Shown: positions 8,597 to 19,844, counted from the stretch's first letter. The stretch: DNA of 20,000 nucleotides from Chiloscyllium plagiosum (GCF_004010195.1 NC_057719.1:42039284-42059283); one strand, 5' to 3'. Made by a program: numbers and translations. Notes: generated by a model from the sequence alone, not told the origin.

Positions 8597-11083
8597 AGAA
8601 TTAAGTAGAATTAAGTAGAATGGATGGCTTTGAGGTATGTAGAGAAGAGGTGTTGGAAATTCTGGAAAGGGTGAAAATAGATAAGTCCCCTGGGCCTGAT
8701 GGCATTTATCCTAGGATTCTCTGGGAAGCAAGGGAGGAGATTGCAGAGCCATTGGCCTTGATTTTTATGTCCTCGTTGTCTACAGGAGTAGTGCCAGAAG
8801 ATTGGAGGCTAGCAAATGTGGTTCCCTTGTTCAAGAAGGGGAGTAGGGATAACCCTAGTAACTATAGGCCAGCGAGTCTCACTTCTGTTGTGGGCAAAGT
8901 CTTAGAGAGAATTCTAAGGGATAGGATTTATGAACATCTGGAAAGGAATAATGTGGTCAAGCATAGTCAGCATGGTTTTGTGAAGGGCAAGTCGTGCCTC
9001 ACAAACCTTATTGAATTCTTTGAAAAGGTGACGAAGGAGGTTGATGAGGGGAAAGCGGACTTTAGTAAGGCGTTTGATAAGGTTCCCCATGGTAGACTAC
9101 TGCAAAAAATACGGAGGAATGGCATTGAGGGTGAGTTGGAGGTTTGGATTAGGAATTAGCTGGATGGAAGAAGACAGAGGGTAGTAGTTGATGGCAAAGG
9201 TTAATCTTGGAGTGCCGTCACTAGCGGTATTCTGCAAGGATCTGTTTTGGGACCATTGCTGTTTGTCATTTTTATAAATGAACTGGAGGAGGGTTTAGAA
9301 GGTTGGGTGAGCAAGTTTGCGGATGACACGAAAGCCGGAGGAGTTGTTGACAGTGAGGAAGCATGTGGCAGGTTACAGCAGGATATAGAGAAGCTGCAGA
9401 GCTGGGCAGAAAGGTGGCAAATGGAATCCAATGTAGCTAAGTGTGAGGGGATTCACTTTGGGAAGAATAACAAAAAGATGGGGTACGGGGCTAATGGACG
9501 GATACTTGGTAGTGTGGATGAGCAGAGGGATCTTGGTGTCCATGTACACAGATCTCTGAAAGTTGCCACCCAGGTAAATAGTGCGGTGAGGAAGGCATAT
9601 GGCGTACTGGCTTTTATTGGTAGAGGAATTGAGTTCCGGAGTCCTGAGGTCATGATGCAGTTGTATAAGACTCTGGTACGACCGCATCTGGAATATTGTG
9701 TGCAGTTTTGGTCGCCATACTATAGGAAGGATGTGGAGGCATTGGAACGGGTGCAGAGGAGGTTTACCAGGATGTTGCCTGGTATGGAAGAAAAATCGTA
9801 TGAGGAAAGACTGAGGCACCTGGGGCTGTTTTCACTAGAGAAAAGAAGGTTTAGGGGCGACTTGATTGAGGTGTACAAGATGATTAGGGGATTAGATAGG
9901 GTTGACAGTGTGAACCTTTTCCCCCCGTATGGAGTCGGGTATTACAAGGTGGCATAGCTTTAAATTAAGGGNNNNNNNNNNNNNNNNNNNNNNNNNNNNN
10001 NNNNNNNNNNNNNNNNNNNNNNNNNNNNNNNNNNNNNNNNNNNNNNNNNNNNNNNNNNNNNNNNNNNNNNNNNNNNNNNNNNNNNNNNNNNNNNNNNNNN
10101 NNNNNNNNNNNNNNNNNNNNNNNNNNNNNNNNNNNNNNNNNNNNNNNNNNNNNNNNNNNNNNNNNNNNNNNNNNNNNNNNNNNNNNNNNNNNNNNNNNNN
10201 NNNNNNNNNNNNNNNNNNNNNNNNNNNNNNNNNNNNNNNNNNNNNNNNNNNNNNNNNNNNNNNNNNNNNNNNNNNNNNNNNNNNNNNNNNNNNNNNNNNN
10301 NNNNNNNNNNNNNNNNNNNNNNNNNNNNNNNNNNNNNNNNNNNNNNNNNNNNNNNNNNNNNNNNNNNNNNNNNNNNNNNNNNNNNNNNNNNNNNNNNNNN
10401 NNNNNNNNNNNNNNNNNNNNNNNNNNNNNNNNNNNNNNNNNNNNNNNNNNNNNNNNNNNNNNNNNNNNNNNNNNNNNNNNNNNNNNNNNNNNNNNNNNNN
10501 NNNNNNNNNNNNNNNNNNNNNNNNNNNNNNNNNNNNNNNNNNNNNNNNNNNNNNNNNNNNNNNNNNNNNNNNNNNNNNNNNNNNNNNNNNNNNNNNNNNN
10601 NNNNNNNNNNNNNNNNNNNNNNNNNNNNNNNNNNNNNNNNNNNNNNNNNNNNNNNNNNNNNNNNNNNNNNNNNNNNNNNNNNNNNNNNNNNNNNNNNNNN
10701 NNNNNNNNNNNNNNNNNNNNNNNNNNNNNNNNNNNNNNNNNNNNNNNNNNNNNNNNNNNNNNNNNNNNNNNNNNNNNNNTCGACAGTGTGAATCTTTTTC
10801 CACGTATGGAGTCAGCTATTACAAGGGGGCATAGCTTTAAATTAAGGGGGGGTAGTTATAGGACAGATGTTAGGGGTAGGTTCTTTACTCAGTGAGTCGT
10901 GAGTTCATGGAATGCCCTGCCAGTAGCAGTGGTGGACTCTCCCTCATTATGGGCATTTAAGCGGGCATTGGATAGGCATATGGAGGATAGTGGGCTAGTG
11001 TAGGTTAGGTGGGCTTGGATCGGCGCAACATCGAGGGCTGAAGGGCCTGTACTGCGCTGTATTCTTCTATGTTCTATGTTCTA
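8597..11083 (+). mobile_element. 5'-truncated CR1-clade LINE, disrupted ORF2 reverse transcriptase
   Basis: Motifs KSPGPDGIYPR, NYRPASLTS, QHGF, DFSKAFDKVPH, QGSVLGPLLF and KFADD. In-frame stops near 9157 and 9202, and loss of VDVVYM. (TTCTATG)n 3' tail and a 10-bp tandem duplication (agaattaagt) at the 5' junction. Confidence 0.95.
9972..10779. other. Assembly gap (N run)
   Basis: 808 Ns. Confidence 1.
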
Positions 11084-11125
11084 AAGCACTAGTACATTGC
11101 TGCTGTACTGCAGTAAATATCTTAC

Positions 11126-11202
11126 CAACATATTGCCAAATACTGTGCCAGCAGGATTTTCAGACCAGTGTGATGTTATTCCATATTTCGCCAACTTATT
11201 GC
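11126..11202 (-). CDS. Putative coding exon C (77 nt, phase 1-0)
   Basis: Acceptor aatttatag| and donor TTG|gtaaga. Encodes (S)NKLAKYGITSHWSENPAGTVFGNML. Confidence 0.7.
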
Positions 11203-11506
11203 CTATAAATTATTCAATAGATCTTCAGCTACTCCACATCATAACAACATTGTTAATGCACCATAAAGAGACTTTCCATCTTCCATTATTCTTAACTCAA
11301 ATGCAGTTCACAGTCTACATTAAAGGATGTAGTGCAATCAATCATATGATCTTCATCTAGTCATTAAATAACAGTTTAAAGGCACCTTGAAAAAATGAAT
11401 TGAAATCTTCACAGAATACCATTCTACATGATGTATTAGCACTCATAACTTAACTCATCCTCCCATTTTTTCCAAATATTTGGATTTTTTGCCAATAGCA
11501 AGGAAA

Positions 11507-11716
11507 GAGTCAAAGGTGTGGTGTTGGAAAAGCATAGCAGATCAGGCAGCATCCGAGGAGCAGGAGGGTTGACATTTCAGGCATAAGCCCATGAAGGGCT
11601 GATGCCCAAAACATCAACTCTTCTGCTCGTCAGATGATGCCTGACCTGCTGTGCTTTTCCAGCACCACACCTTTTGACTCTGACTCTCCAGCATTTCTCA
11701 CTTTCTCACTTTCTCT
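11507..11716. mobile_element. Small palindromic PLE-derived insertion (hairpin 11507-11680) with 15-bp TSD-like flanks
   Basis: Arms of about 85 bp centred on agccc-atgaa-gggct, related to the hammerhead-bearing repeat at 19845-20000. Flanked by caat(a/t)gcaaggaaag at 11493-11507 and 11717-11731. Confidence 0.8.
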
Positions 11717-12294
11717 CAATTGCAAGGAAAGCCATGAAACCCAATCCTAGTGTAGTCAAAAATTTGGTTCAGCATTGATCATCTGATGTATTTTACAACT
11801 GAGCTACCATCGATATGAAAATGTTTAACTGAATAGAAGTTACTTCCTTCAACTATCACATTATGTTGGTGATGACTTTGTTATTAAGAGATATTATCCT
11901 AGTATTGTTTAAAAATATATTTATCTTGAACTGTTAGTCATTCATTACAACAGCAACAGCATTGCACATTCAGTGAGCTGGGAGCTCAGGTGTTCTCTTA
12001 TAGTCTGGAAAACCTGCAGATAGAGATCACAGTTTGTGAGTCAGGTAAGACTCATAAGTTGATCTGTCTGAACAATAACAGCATATTGTTTGTGATCTCT
12101 CTTCTTTTCTTTGCAACACTTCTCAGAAAAGCATGTGAGCTGAAAATGCTCCAAAAATCACCTTTACCAATTAAGTTTGAAGAGGATTTTCTTGGAAATT
12201 TATGCAACTGTGTGGTGCAAAAGGGAATTCAGCCAATTACAACATTTCCAGGAAGTCACCCAGCAGCTTGGGTGTACAGAATAGATTTGGAGTC

Positions 12295-12800
12295 AGAATA
12301 GGACTACAGCAGACAAATGGAATTACCCAATTATTCCAATCTCATTTGATAGCACTTGGCAAATAGCCTTGTATGCCTTAGCATTGCAAGTGTACATTTA
12401 AATACTTTTTAAATGCCTTGTAAAGATGGTAGATGTCTCTACCACCTTTACAAGCAATGAGTTCCGGATTCCTACTACCTTCAGCATGAAAGTGGTATTC
12501 TTCACATATCCTCTAAACCTTCTGCCTCTTACTGTAAATCTATGCCCCCGTCATTGATCCCTCCATCAAGGGGAAAGGTTCCTTCCTGTCTACCCTGTCT
12601 ATGCCCCTCATAACTTTATACATTTCAATCATGTCCCCTCAATCTCCTCAGCTCTAAGGAAACAACCTCAGTATGTCCAATCTCTCTTCATAACTGAAAT
12701 TCTCCAAGCCAGGTACCATCCAGATAAATCTCCCCTGCTCCCTTTGCAGTGCTATTACACTCTTATTATGTGCACTCCAGAAGTGCACACAATACATTGT
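12295..12800 (-). mobile_element. Old degenerate CR1-clade LINE 3' fragment
   Basis: Collinear similarity to the CR1 fragment at 4981-5485 (for example ctatgcccctcat..ttttata and aatctctcttcataac). Boundaries approximate. Confidence 0.75.
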
Positions 12801-12919
12801 GACCCAACCGATATTTTGATAGAGTCATTCATTAGTTGGAAAACTTAAAAACAGAAAATAAATCCAGGTGGTTTTAAATGTACATTAATTGGAATGCAGT
12901 AGAGCAGTGCACCACATCA

Positions 12920-13010
12920 ACGAGGTAAAAACAATGACTGCAGATGCTGGAAACCAGATTCTGGATCAGTGGTGCTGGAAGAGCATAGCAATTCAGGCAG
13001 CATCCGACGA
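12920..13010 (-). mobile_element. ~91-bp PLE terminal fragment with 11-bp TSD
   Basis: Matches 19850-19900 (ttctggat.agtggtgctggaagag.atagca.tt.aggcagcatcc). Flanked by GCACCACATCA at 12909-12919 and 13011-13021. Confidence 0.8.
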
Positions 13011-13436
13011 GCACCACATCAGCTGAGCTGCTCTAATTATAAAGTAAAAATCAAGTGCCTATAAGTTATACATAGAGGTTTACTGTAACCTATGCATGTG
13101 GAGAGCTGCATAATGCAGGTTCATACACAAGCACATCTGTGAAATATTAATGTGAAAAGATATTAATACACTTTAACAAATGTCCACATAATCCAAATGA
13201 AACATTATTGTTGAAAAAATGGTAAGAACAGTGCCTTCCTTTTAACATGGAACTTTTGATTAGGTCAAACAACGTTTTGGGAAAAACCCACAGTGGCACC
13301 ACCATCATACAAAATTGAGCAAATTTCCTGCATTGCTGAATACTTTTATAGCTACCTTCTACATGCAGTACTCCTGAGAAAGAGAAAACATCACCAAGAT
13401 TAGATCAACATTGAACAGAGAGTGAGGAGAGAGGGC

Positions 13437-13660
13437 GGAGAGAAGTGAGGGCTGCCGGGTCAGTCAGTTTCTCCCACTTAAAAAAGGGACTCGCCTCGAG
13501 AGTCGTGCCTCCATTTTGAATAGAGTGATGAGGAGAGAAGTGAGGGCTGCCGGGTCAGTCAGTTTCTCCCACTTAAAAAAGGGACTCGCCTCGAGAGTCG
13601 TGCCTCCATTTTGAATAGAGTGATGAGGAGAGAGGGTGGAGAGAAAAAAGGGCTGCCGGG
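13437..13660 (+). repeat. 95-bp tandem repeat (two identical units plus a partial) at the CR1 5' end
   Basis: Units start at 13437 and 13532. Each contains CTCCATTTT and a GACTC-N7-GAGTC dyad. Confidence 0.9.
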
Positions 13661-13676
13661 AAGTTTTTAAGTGAAT

Positions 13677-13812
13677 GAGATTTCAATAGTTAGAAGGATT
13701 GACAGGAGACTTTGTGATACACAAAGGATGGGTTGCACCTGAACTGGAGGGGCACAAATGTCTTGGGTGGGAGATTTGTCTGTGTTGTTCAGGAGGGTTT
13801 AACCTACTTTGG
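13677..13812 (+). pseudogene. Collapsed remnant of the CR1 ORF1 SGNH/GDSL esterase domain
   Basis: SIVRRIDRRLC (block I-like, from 13683) lies only about 10 nt before DGLHLNWRGTNVLGGRF (block V DxxH, from 13727). Confidence 0.75.
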
Positions 13813-14780
13813 CAAGCAGTGGGGGAGGTGGGGGGGGGGGAGGGTGGAAGCAGAGCTACATGTCTGAGAGGGGTGTAGATGGGGCAGTGACAGGATGTAG
13901 TGAATCTATCGGGGAGGTTTTTCACATGTGAAACAAAGGGATCGGTTGAAGTGTATCTGCTTTAATGCAAAGAGAATCAGAAATAAAAGTGATGAACTTA
14001 GAGCATGGATCAATACTTGGAACTATGATGTTGTGGCCATATCAGAGACGTGGGTTTCACAGGGCAGGAATGGTTGCTAGATGTTCTAGGGTTTAGAATG
14101 TTTAAAAAGAACAGGGAGGGTGGAAAAAGAGGAGGGGGTTTAGCATTGCAAATCAGAGAGTGAATCACAGCTACAGAAATGGAGGTTGTTGAGAAGGTTT
14201 GTCTACTGAGTCAATATGGGTGGAAGTTATGAACAGCAAGGGAGCAGCTACCTCATTGGGGGTTTTCTACAGACCCGTAATAGCAGTAGGGAAATTGAAG
14301 AACTCATAGGCCGGCAGAGTTTGGTAAAATGCAAATGTAGCAGGGTTGTTGTTATGGGTGACTTCAATTTTCCCAATATTGACTGGAGCCTCCTTACTGC
14401 AGATGGTTTGGATGGAGCTGTTTTTGTCTGGTGTGTTCAGGAGGGTTTCTTTACTCAATATGTAGACAGACTGACGAGGGGAGAGGCTATTTTGGATTTG
14501 GTGCTTGGCAATGAGCCAGGACAGGTGTCAAATCTCGTGGTGGGAGAGCATTTTAGTGACATTAACCACAACTGCCTCACATGTACCATATCCTTGGCGA
14601 GGGAAAGGAGCAGTTACCAAAGGAAGAGACTTAATTGGGAAAAAGGAAATTATGACGCTATCAGACAGGAGTTGGGAAGTACCGATTGGGAGCAATTATT
14701 CCACAGAAAGCGCACAGCAGACATGTGGAGACTGTTTAAGGAGCAGTTGTTGCGAGTGATGCATAAATTTGATCATCTGA

Positions 14781-15212
14781 NNNNNNNNNNNNNNNNNNNN
14801 NNNNNNNNNNNNNNNNNNNNNNNNNNNNNNNNNNNNNNNNNNNNNNNNNNNNNNNNNNNNNNNNNNNNNNNNNNNNNNNNNNNNNNNNNNNNNNNNNNNN
14901 NNNNNNNNNNNNNNNNNNNNNNNNNNNNNNNNNNNNNNNNNNNNNNNNNNNNNNNNNNNNNNNNNNNNNNNNNNNNNNNNNNNNNNNNNNNNNNNNNNNN
15001 NNNNNNNNNNNNNNNNNNNNNNNNNNNNNNNNNNNNNNNNNNNNNNNNNNNNNNNNNNNNNNNNNNNNNNNNNNNNNNNNNNNNNNNNNNNNNNNNNNNN
15101 NNNNNNNNNNNNNNNNNNNNNNNNNNNNNNNNNNNNNNNNNNNNNNNNNNNNNNNNNNNNNNNNNNNNNNNNNNNNNNNNNNNNNNNNNNNNNNNNNNNN
15201 NNNNNNNNNNNN
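14781..15212. other. Assembly gap (N run)
   Basis: 432 Ns. Confidence 1.
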
Positions 15213-17630
15213 CCTCCTTACTGCAGATGGTTTGGATGGAGCTGTTTTTGTCTGGTGTGTTCAGGAGGGTTTCTTTACTCAATATGTAGACAGACTGACG
15301 AGGGGAGAGGCTATTTTGGATTTGGTGCTTGGCAATGAGCTAGGACAGGTGTCAAATCTCGTGGTGGGAGAGCATTTTAGTGACAGTAACCACAACTGCC
15401 TCACATGTACCATATCCTTGGCGAGGGAAAGGAGCAGTTACCAAAGGAAGATACTTAATTGGGGAAAAGGAAATTATGACGCTATCAGACAGGAGTTGGG
15501 AAGTACCGATTGGGAGCAATTATTCCACAGAAAGGGCACAACAGTGGAGACTGTTTAAGGAGCAGAGGAGCTCCTCGTCAAAAGGAAGAAGGTAGCTGAC
15601 ATAAGGTGGAGAAAACAAGGATCTAATACAGCGTTAGAGGATTACAGGCTTACTACAAAGGAGCTCAGAAATGGATTGAGGAGAGCCAGGAGGGGGCACG
15701 AGAAAGGCTTGGCAGGAAGGATTAGGGAGAACCCAAAGGCATTTTACTCATATGTGAGAAATAAGAGAATGATCGGGGAGAAGGTAGGACCGATCAGGGA
15801 TAGCGTAGGGAACTTGTGCGTGGAGTCTGAGCAGGGGAAACTCTGAATAAGTTTTTTTGCTTCCGTTTTCACTAAGGAAAAGGACTTTGTTGTGAATGAG
15901 AACTTTGAGGAGCTGGGAAACAGGCTTGAACAAATCAAGATTGATGAAGTTAATGTGCTGGAAATTTTGGCAAACATTAAGATTATTAAGTCCCCAGAGC
16001 CAGATCAGATTCATCCTAGGTTGCTCCAGGAAGCAAAAAAGGAGGTTGCTAAGCAACTGGCAAAGATCTTGCTTCCACACTGTCCACGGGAGTCGTATCA
16101 GAGAATTGGAGGGAGGCAAATATTGTTCCTCTTTTCAAAAAGGGTAATAGGGAAATCCCTGGCAATTACAGACTAGTCAGTCTTACGTCTGTGGTCAGCA
16201 AAGTTTTGGAAAGAATTCTGAGGGATAGGATTTATAACTATTTGGAAAAACATAGAGTGATTAAAAGCAGTCAGCATGGCTTTGTGAGGGGCAGGTCATG
16301 CCTCATAAACCTTATTAAGTTCTTTGAGAAGGTGGTGAGACAGGTCGACGAAGGTCAAGCAGTGGATGTAGTGTATATGGACTTCAGCAAGGCATTTGAT
16401 AAGGTTCCCCATGGTAGGGTCATTCATAAAGTCAGGAGGTTTGGAATACATGGAGATTTGGCTATCTGGGTTCAGAACTGGCTGGCTGACAGAAGGCAGA
16501 GAGTGGTTGTAGATGGAAAGTATTCTGCCTGGAGGTCTGTGCTGAGTGGGGTCCCACAGGGCTCTGTTCTTGGGCCTCTGCTCTTTGTAGTCTTTATAAA
16601 TAACTTGGATGAGGAGGTTGAAGGGTGGGTTAGTAAACTTGCCGATGACACAAAGATTGGAGGTGCCGTTGATAGTATCGAGGGCTATTGCAAGCTGCAG
16701 CGTGACATAGACAGGATGCAGAGCTGGGCCGAGAAATGGCAGATAAAGTTCAACCTGGATAAATGCGAAGTGATGCATTTTGGAAGGTCAAACTTGAATG
16801 CTGAATATAGGATTAAAGACAGGATTCTTAGTAGTGTGGAGGAAGAGAGGGATCTTGGTGTTCAAGTGCATGGATCCCTCAAAGTTGCCACCCAAGTGGA
16901 TAGGGTTGTTAAGAAAGCATATGGTGTTCTGGCTTTCATTAGAGGGGGATCGAGTTTCAGAGCCAAGAGGTTTTGCTGCAGCTCTACAAGACCCTGGTGA
17001 GACTACACTTGGAATATTGTGTTCAGTTCTATTATAGGAAAGATAAGGTAGCTTTAGAAAGGGTGCAAAGAAGGTTTGCCAGGATGCTGCATGGACTGGA
17101 GGGCTTGTCTTAAGAAGAGAGGTTGACTAAGCTCGGACTTTTCTCTCTGGAGAGAAGGAGGAAGAGAGGTGACCTGATTGAGGTAACAGGGTAATGAGAG
17201 ACATGGATAGCATCAATAGCCAGAGACTTTTCCCCAGGGCAGGATTGACTGGCACGAGGGGTCATAGTTTTAAGATATTAGGAGGAAGATATAGAGAAGA
17301 TGTCAGAGGTAGGTTTTTTATGCAGAGAGTTGTGAATGCATGGAATATGCTGCCAGCGGTGGTAGTGGAAGCAGAGTCATTAGATACGTTTAAGTGCCTG
17401 CTGGACTTGCACATTGAGAGGTGCATAGGTTAGGTTATTTCATTTAAGATTATGAATAATCCTCGGCACAACATCGTGGGCCAAATGCCCTGTTCTGTTC
17501 TGTGCTATACTTTTCTTTGTTCTATTAGCTCAGTTTAGGTACAGCCATTTTTACAATGACACTACACATTTTTACACACCATGGTAGCTGGTAAGATTCT
17601 TAATGAGTTTACAATTTCTGATATACTCAC

Positions 17631-17702
17631 TTGGAGATTCTATAGGAAACCACCAAACTAATTTACTACAGACGCTTGGAATATGCCAACAGAAATTCCA
17701 AA
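17631..17702 (-). CDS. Putative coding exon B (72 nt, phase 1-1)
   Basis: Acceptor ttttgtatttag| and donor |gtgagt. Encodes WNFCWHIPSVCSKLVWWFPIESP, in phase with exon C. Confidence 0.7.
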
Positions 17703-18251
17703 CTAAATACAAAATCTAATAGACAGTTCTATCCAAACAATCTTTCTGTAAATCTATCTCAGGAAACAATCACCAATAAAAAAGCTTCCAGGGTAGTTTC
17801 TCATGAAAGAAAATTGATTACATCTTCAACATTTGAAGCAGTTTTTAACTTAATCAATTTTTTGCTTTTTAGTCAACAATTATTTCTCTTCCTCATCCTA
17901 TAATCAATTCCTAGCTGAAGTGTTGGCTTGCTCTCATGCTGTTTGTCTAACATTTCGGGATATGTAGAGTCATGAATAAACTTGCCTTTAAATCGCTGCT
18001 TCTTTCTGTGTTATGGCATCTGTCCTCAGATTTTTATCTTAAAGTCTTGGCTTCGACTCAGGTGTTCACTGTGCAGAGAATTGCACATGTGTGCTTCTAT
18101 ATTTCAAGGGAACCTATACTGCTGAAGATATGATATAAACCTTAAATAGCATTAATTGTCCTACAATTCTTTATGCCTAATATTCTCAGTATCTGTAGAG
18201 TGTTGCAAAATGGTACAATTTTTCAGGTTATATGTTTCAGTCATGGCTCAC

Positions 18252-18300
18252 CTGTCTCCATATTGAGGTGAATCTGATTTTTTTTAAAAAACGTTTCTAA
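18252..18300 (-). CDS. Possible coding exon A (49 nt, phase 0-1)
   Basis: Strong donor CAG|gtgagc but weak acceptor attgctacag|. Encodes LETFFKKNQIHLNMET(V), in phase with exon B. 5' boundary uncertain. Confidence 0.35.
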
Positions 18301-19844
18301 CTGTAGCAATGTTTCTTAGTAGTCACTATTGTTTAATCACACTTTTTAAGAGTTTGTTGATTTAAAAGCATCCGGGGTCTGTGCAACTGCTAAAGCCTGA
18401 ATTGTATTTTTTTTAAATCACATAAGAGGGTTTGTTCATACTTTAATATGGTTTTATTAAAACTCTAAAAATTAACATTTCAACTACATCAACTCCACTG
18501 GCAAAACAAAGTTATATTTGCTTTTAGTTTGATATTTTTTCAGTTCAAAATTATTTTTTGCCCCAAACATGTTACGTTTAACTGTACTGAACATTGACAC
18601 TGTAAAATGATATTCACTTGAACTAAGTTTGATGAATTGCACCACAATTCATAGAAAACATTAGCAATATTACCCATAATTCAACAGTTTAATTGACAAT
18701 CCTGATAGAGGTGATAAGGTCCTTAAGACATGACTGAACTGTGATGCATCTGTAGGAAAGCTTCACTATCGAACAATCTAATTATCTTGATATTTCAAAA
18801 CTCAGACATCAGCTACAATATAAATGCAGTTCAAAATGCATCAAGAAGAATCCAATAAGTCAGCTGAATGGATTTGCTCTCATGTTCGCTCACACAGTCT
18901 TATTTTCACCACACTACTTTCTCCTCAAAAGACATATGATTTCTATTACTATCATCATTATTTCCATAGGAATTTACCACCTCCCAAGCTCCATGTGTCC
19001 TTGACTCCCTTGTCCATCTCCAAATCTATTTGGCACTGAGCACATTTCCCAGGTCCTGCCAAAACAACTACTATCTTCGACAGAAGTAACAACCACATTC
19101 TACTGAAATATTCTAATGACTTTTAGTGAATGTAAACACTATCATGGCTGTTTGTATTCAGTCCAAATTATCGTTGAACCACAACATTATTTTGCACAAT
19201 GAAATGTAATTAGTGTTCAAAATGGTAACAATACAAATTTTTATTTTTAGCTGAAATCAGAAGCTTTGAATATTTGTCTGGTTTTTACTCATTGGAGTTT
19301 GTACTTTTCAATCTTTTAATCATGGATTTACATAACATGATCATCTCCTCTTTGCCTTGAACTGTCTTCTTCTGACTCTAATGATACAGAAATTAAGACC
19401 AATTGCTATATCTGTTCTGCTCAACAGTGCCTGTAAGTGACATTATAAAATTGTAAATAATTAGATATTAACAGCATTTCACAAGGACTAGATGAAAAAC
19501 AGTGTCATGCTGCAACTCTATAGTTGCATGTTTAAACATGTAACCAAATTATCATTTACATCTTCTTGTATTTCATTTGTTTCAATTGAGATATAAGGCA
19601 GGCATCTCTAAGCCAGATAATTCAAGTTTAAGTCCAATCAGGACTTGCTTACTACAGAAGGAATGTTCATGATGCAAACAGATGATAATTAACTTTCCAA
19701 ACTTTCCAAAACGTCCACAGCAGGGAGAAAGAACAAGTAAGATTCCTGGTTAGCCATGCTTGATATAGAGTGATGACCCTTAACTTTAACCACTTTTTTC
19801 TCCCCCATCTATGGTGAATTACAGACCAGATAGGCACCCCCTCA

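Larger units (their letters stand above)
13415..17526 (+). mobile_element. Near-full-length inactive CR1-clade LINE (5' repeats, ORF1 esterase remnant, ORF2 APE endonuclease + RT, 3' tail)
   Basis: Endonuclease motifs LKCICFNAKRIRNK, DVVAISETW, VMGDFNFP, ILDLVL and SDxNH. RT motifs QHGF, DFSKAFDKVPH, GVPQGSVLGP and KLADD (normally FADD). Many frameshifts and stops. Confidence 0.92.

Noticed and set aside
9201..9819. Minus-strand ORFs overlapping CR1 RT (also 16296-16778 and 15744-16119)
   Set aside because: Antisense shadows of LINE ORF2 with no independent evidence.
9892..10834. ~300-aa ORFs in the track (also 14216-15289 and 14773-15282)
   Set aside because: Their length is an artefact of translating through N runs.
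12004..12044. Plus-strand exon-like segment tag|...CAG|gtaaga (LENLQIEITVCES)
   Set aside because: Isolated 41-nt candidate with no in-phase partners or recognisable product.
13437..13660. CRISPR-like or retron-like interpretation of the repeats next to a reverse transcriptase
   Set aside because: There are no unique spacers, and the RT is clearly a eukaryotic CR1 non-LTR type with an APE endonuclease.
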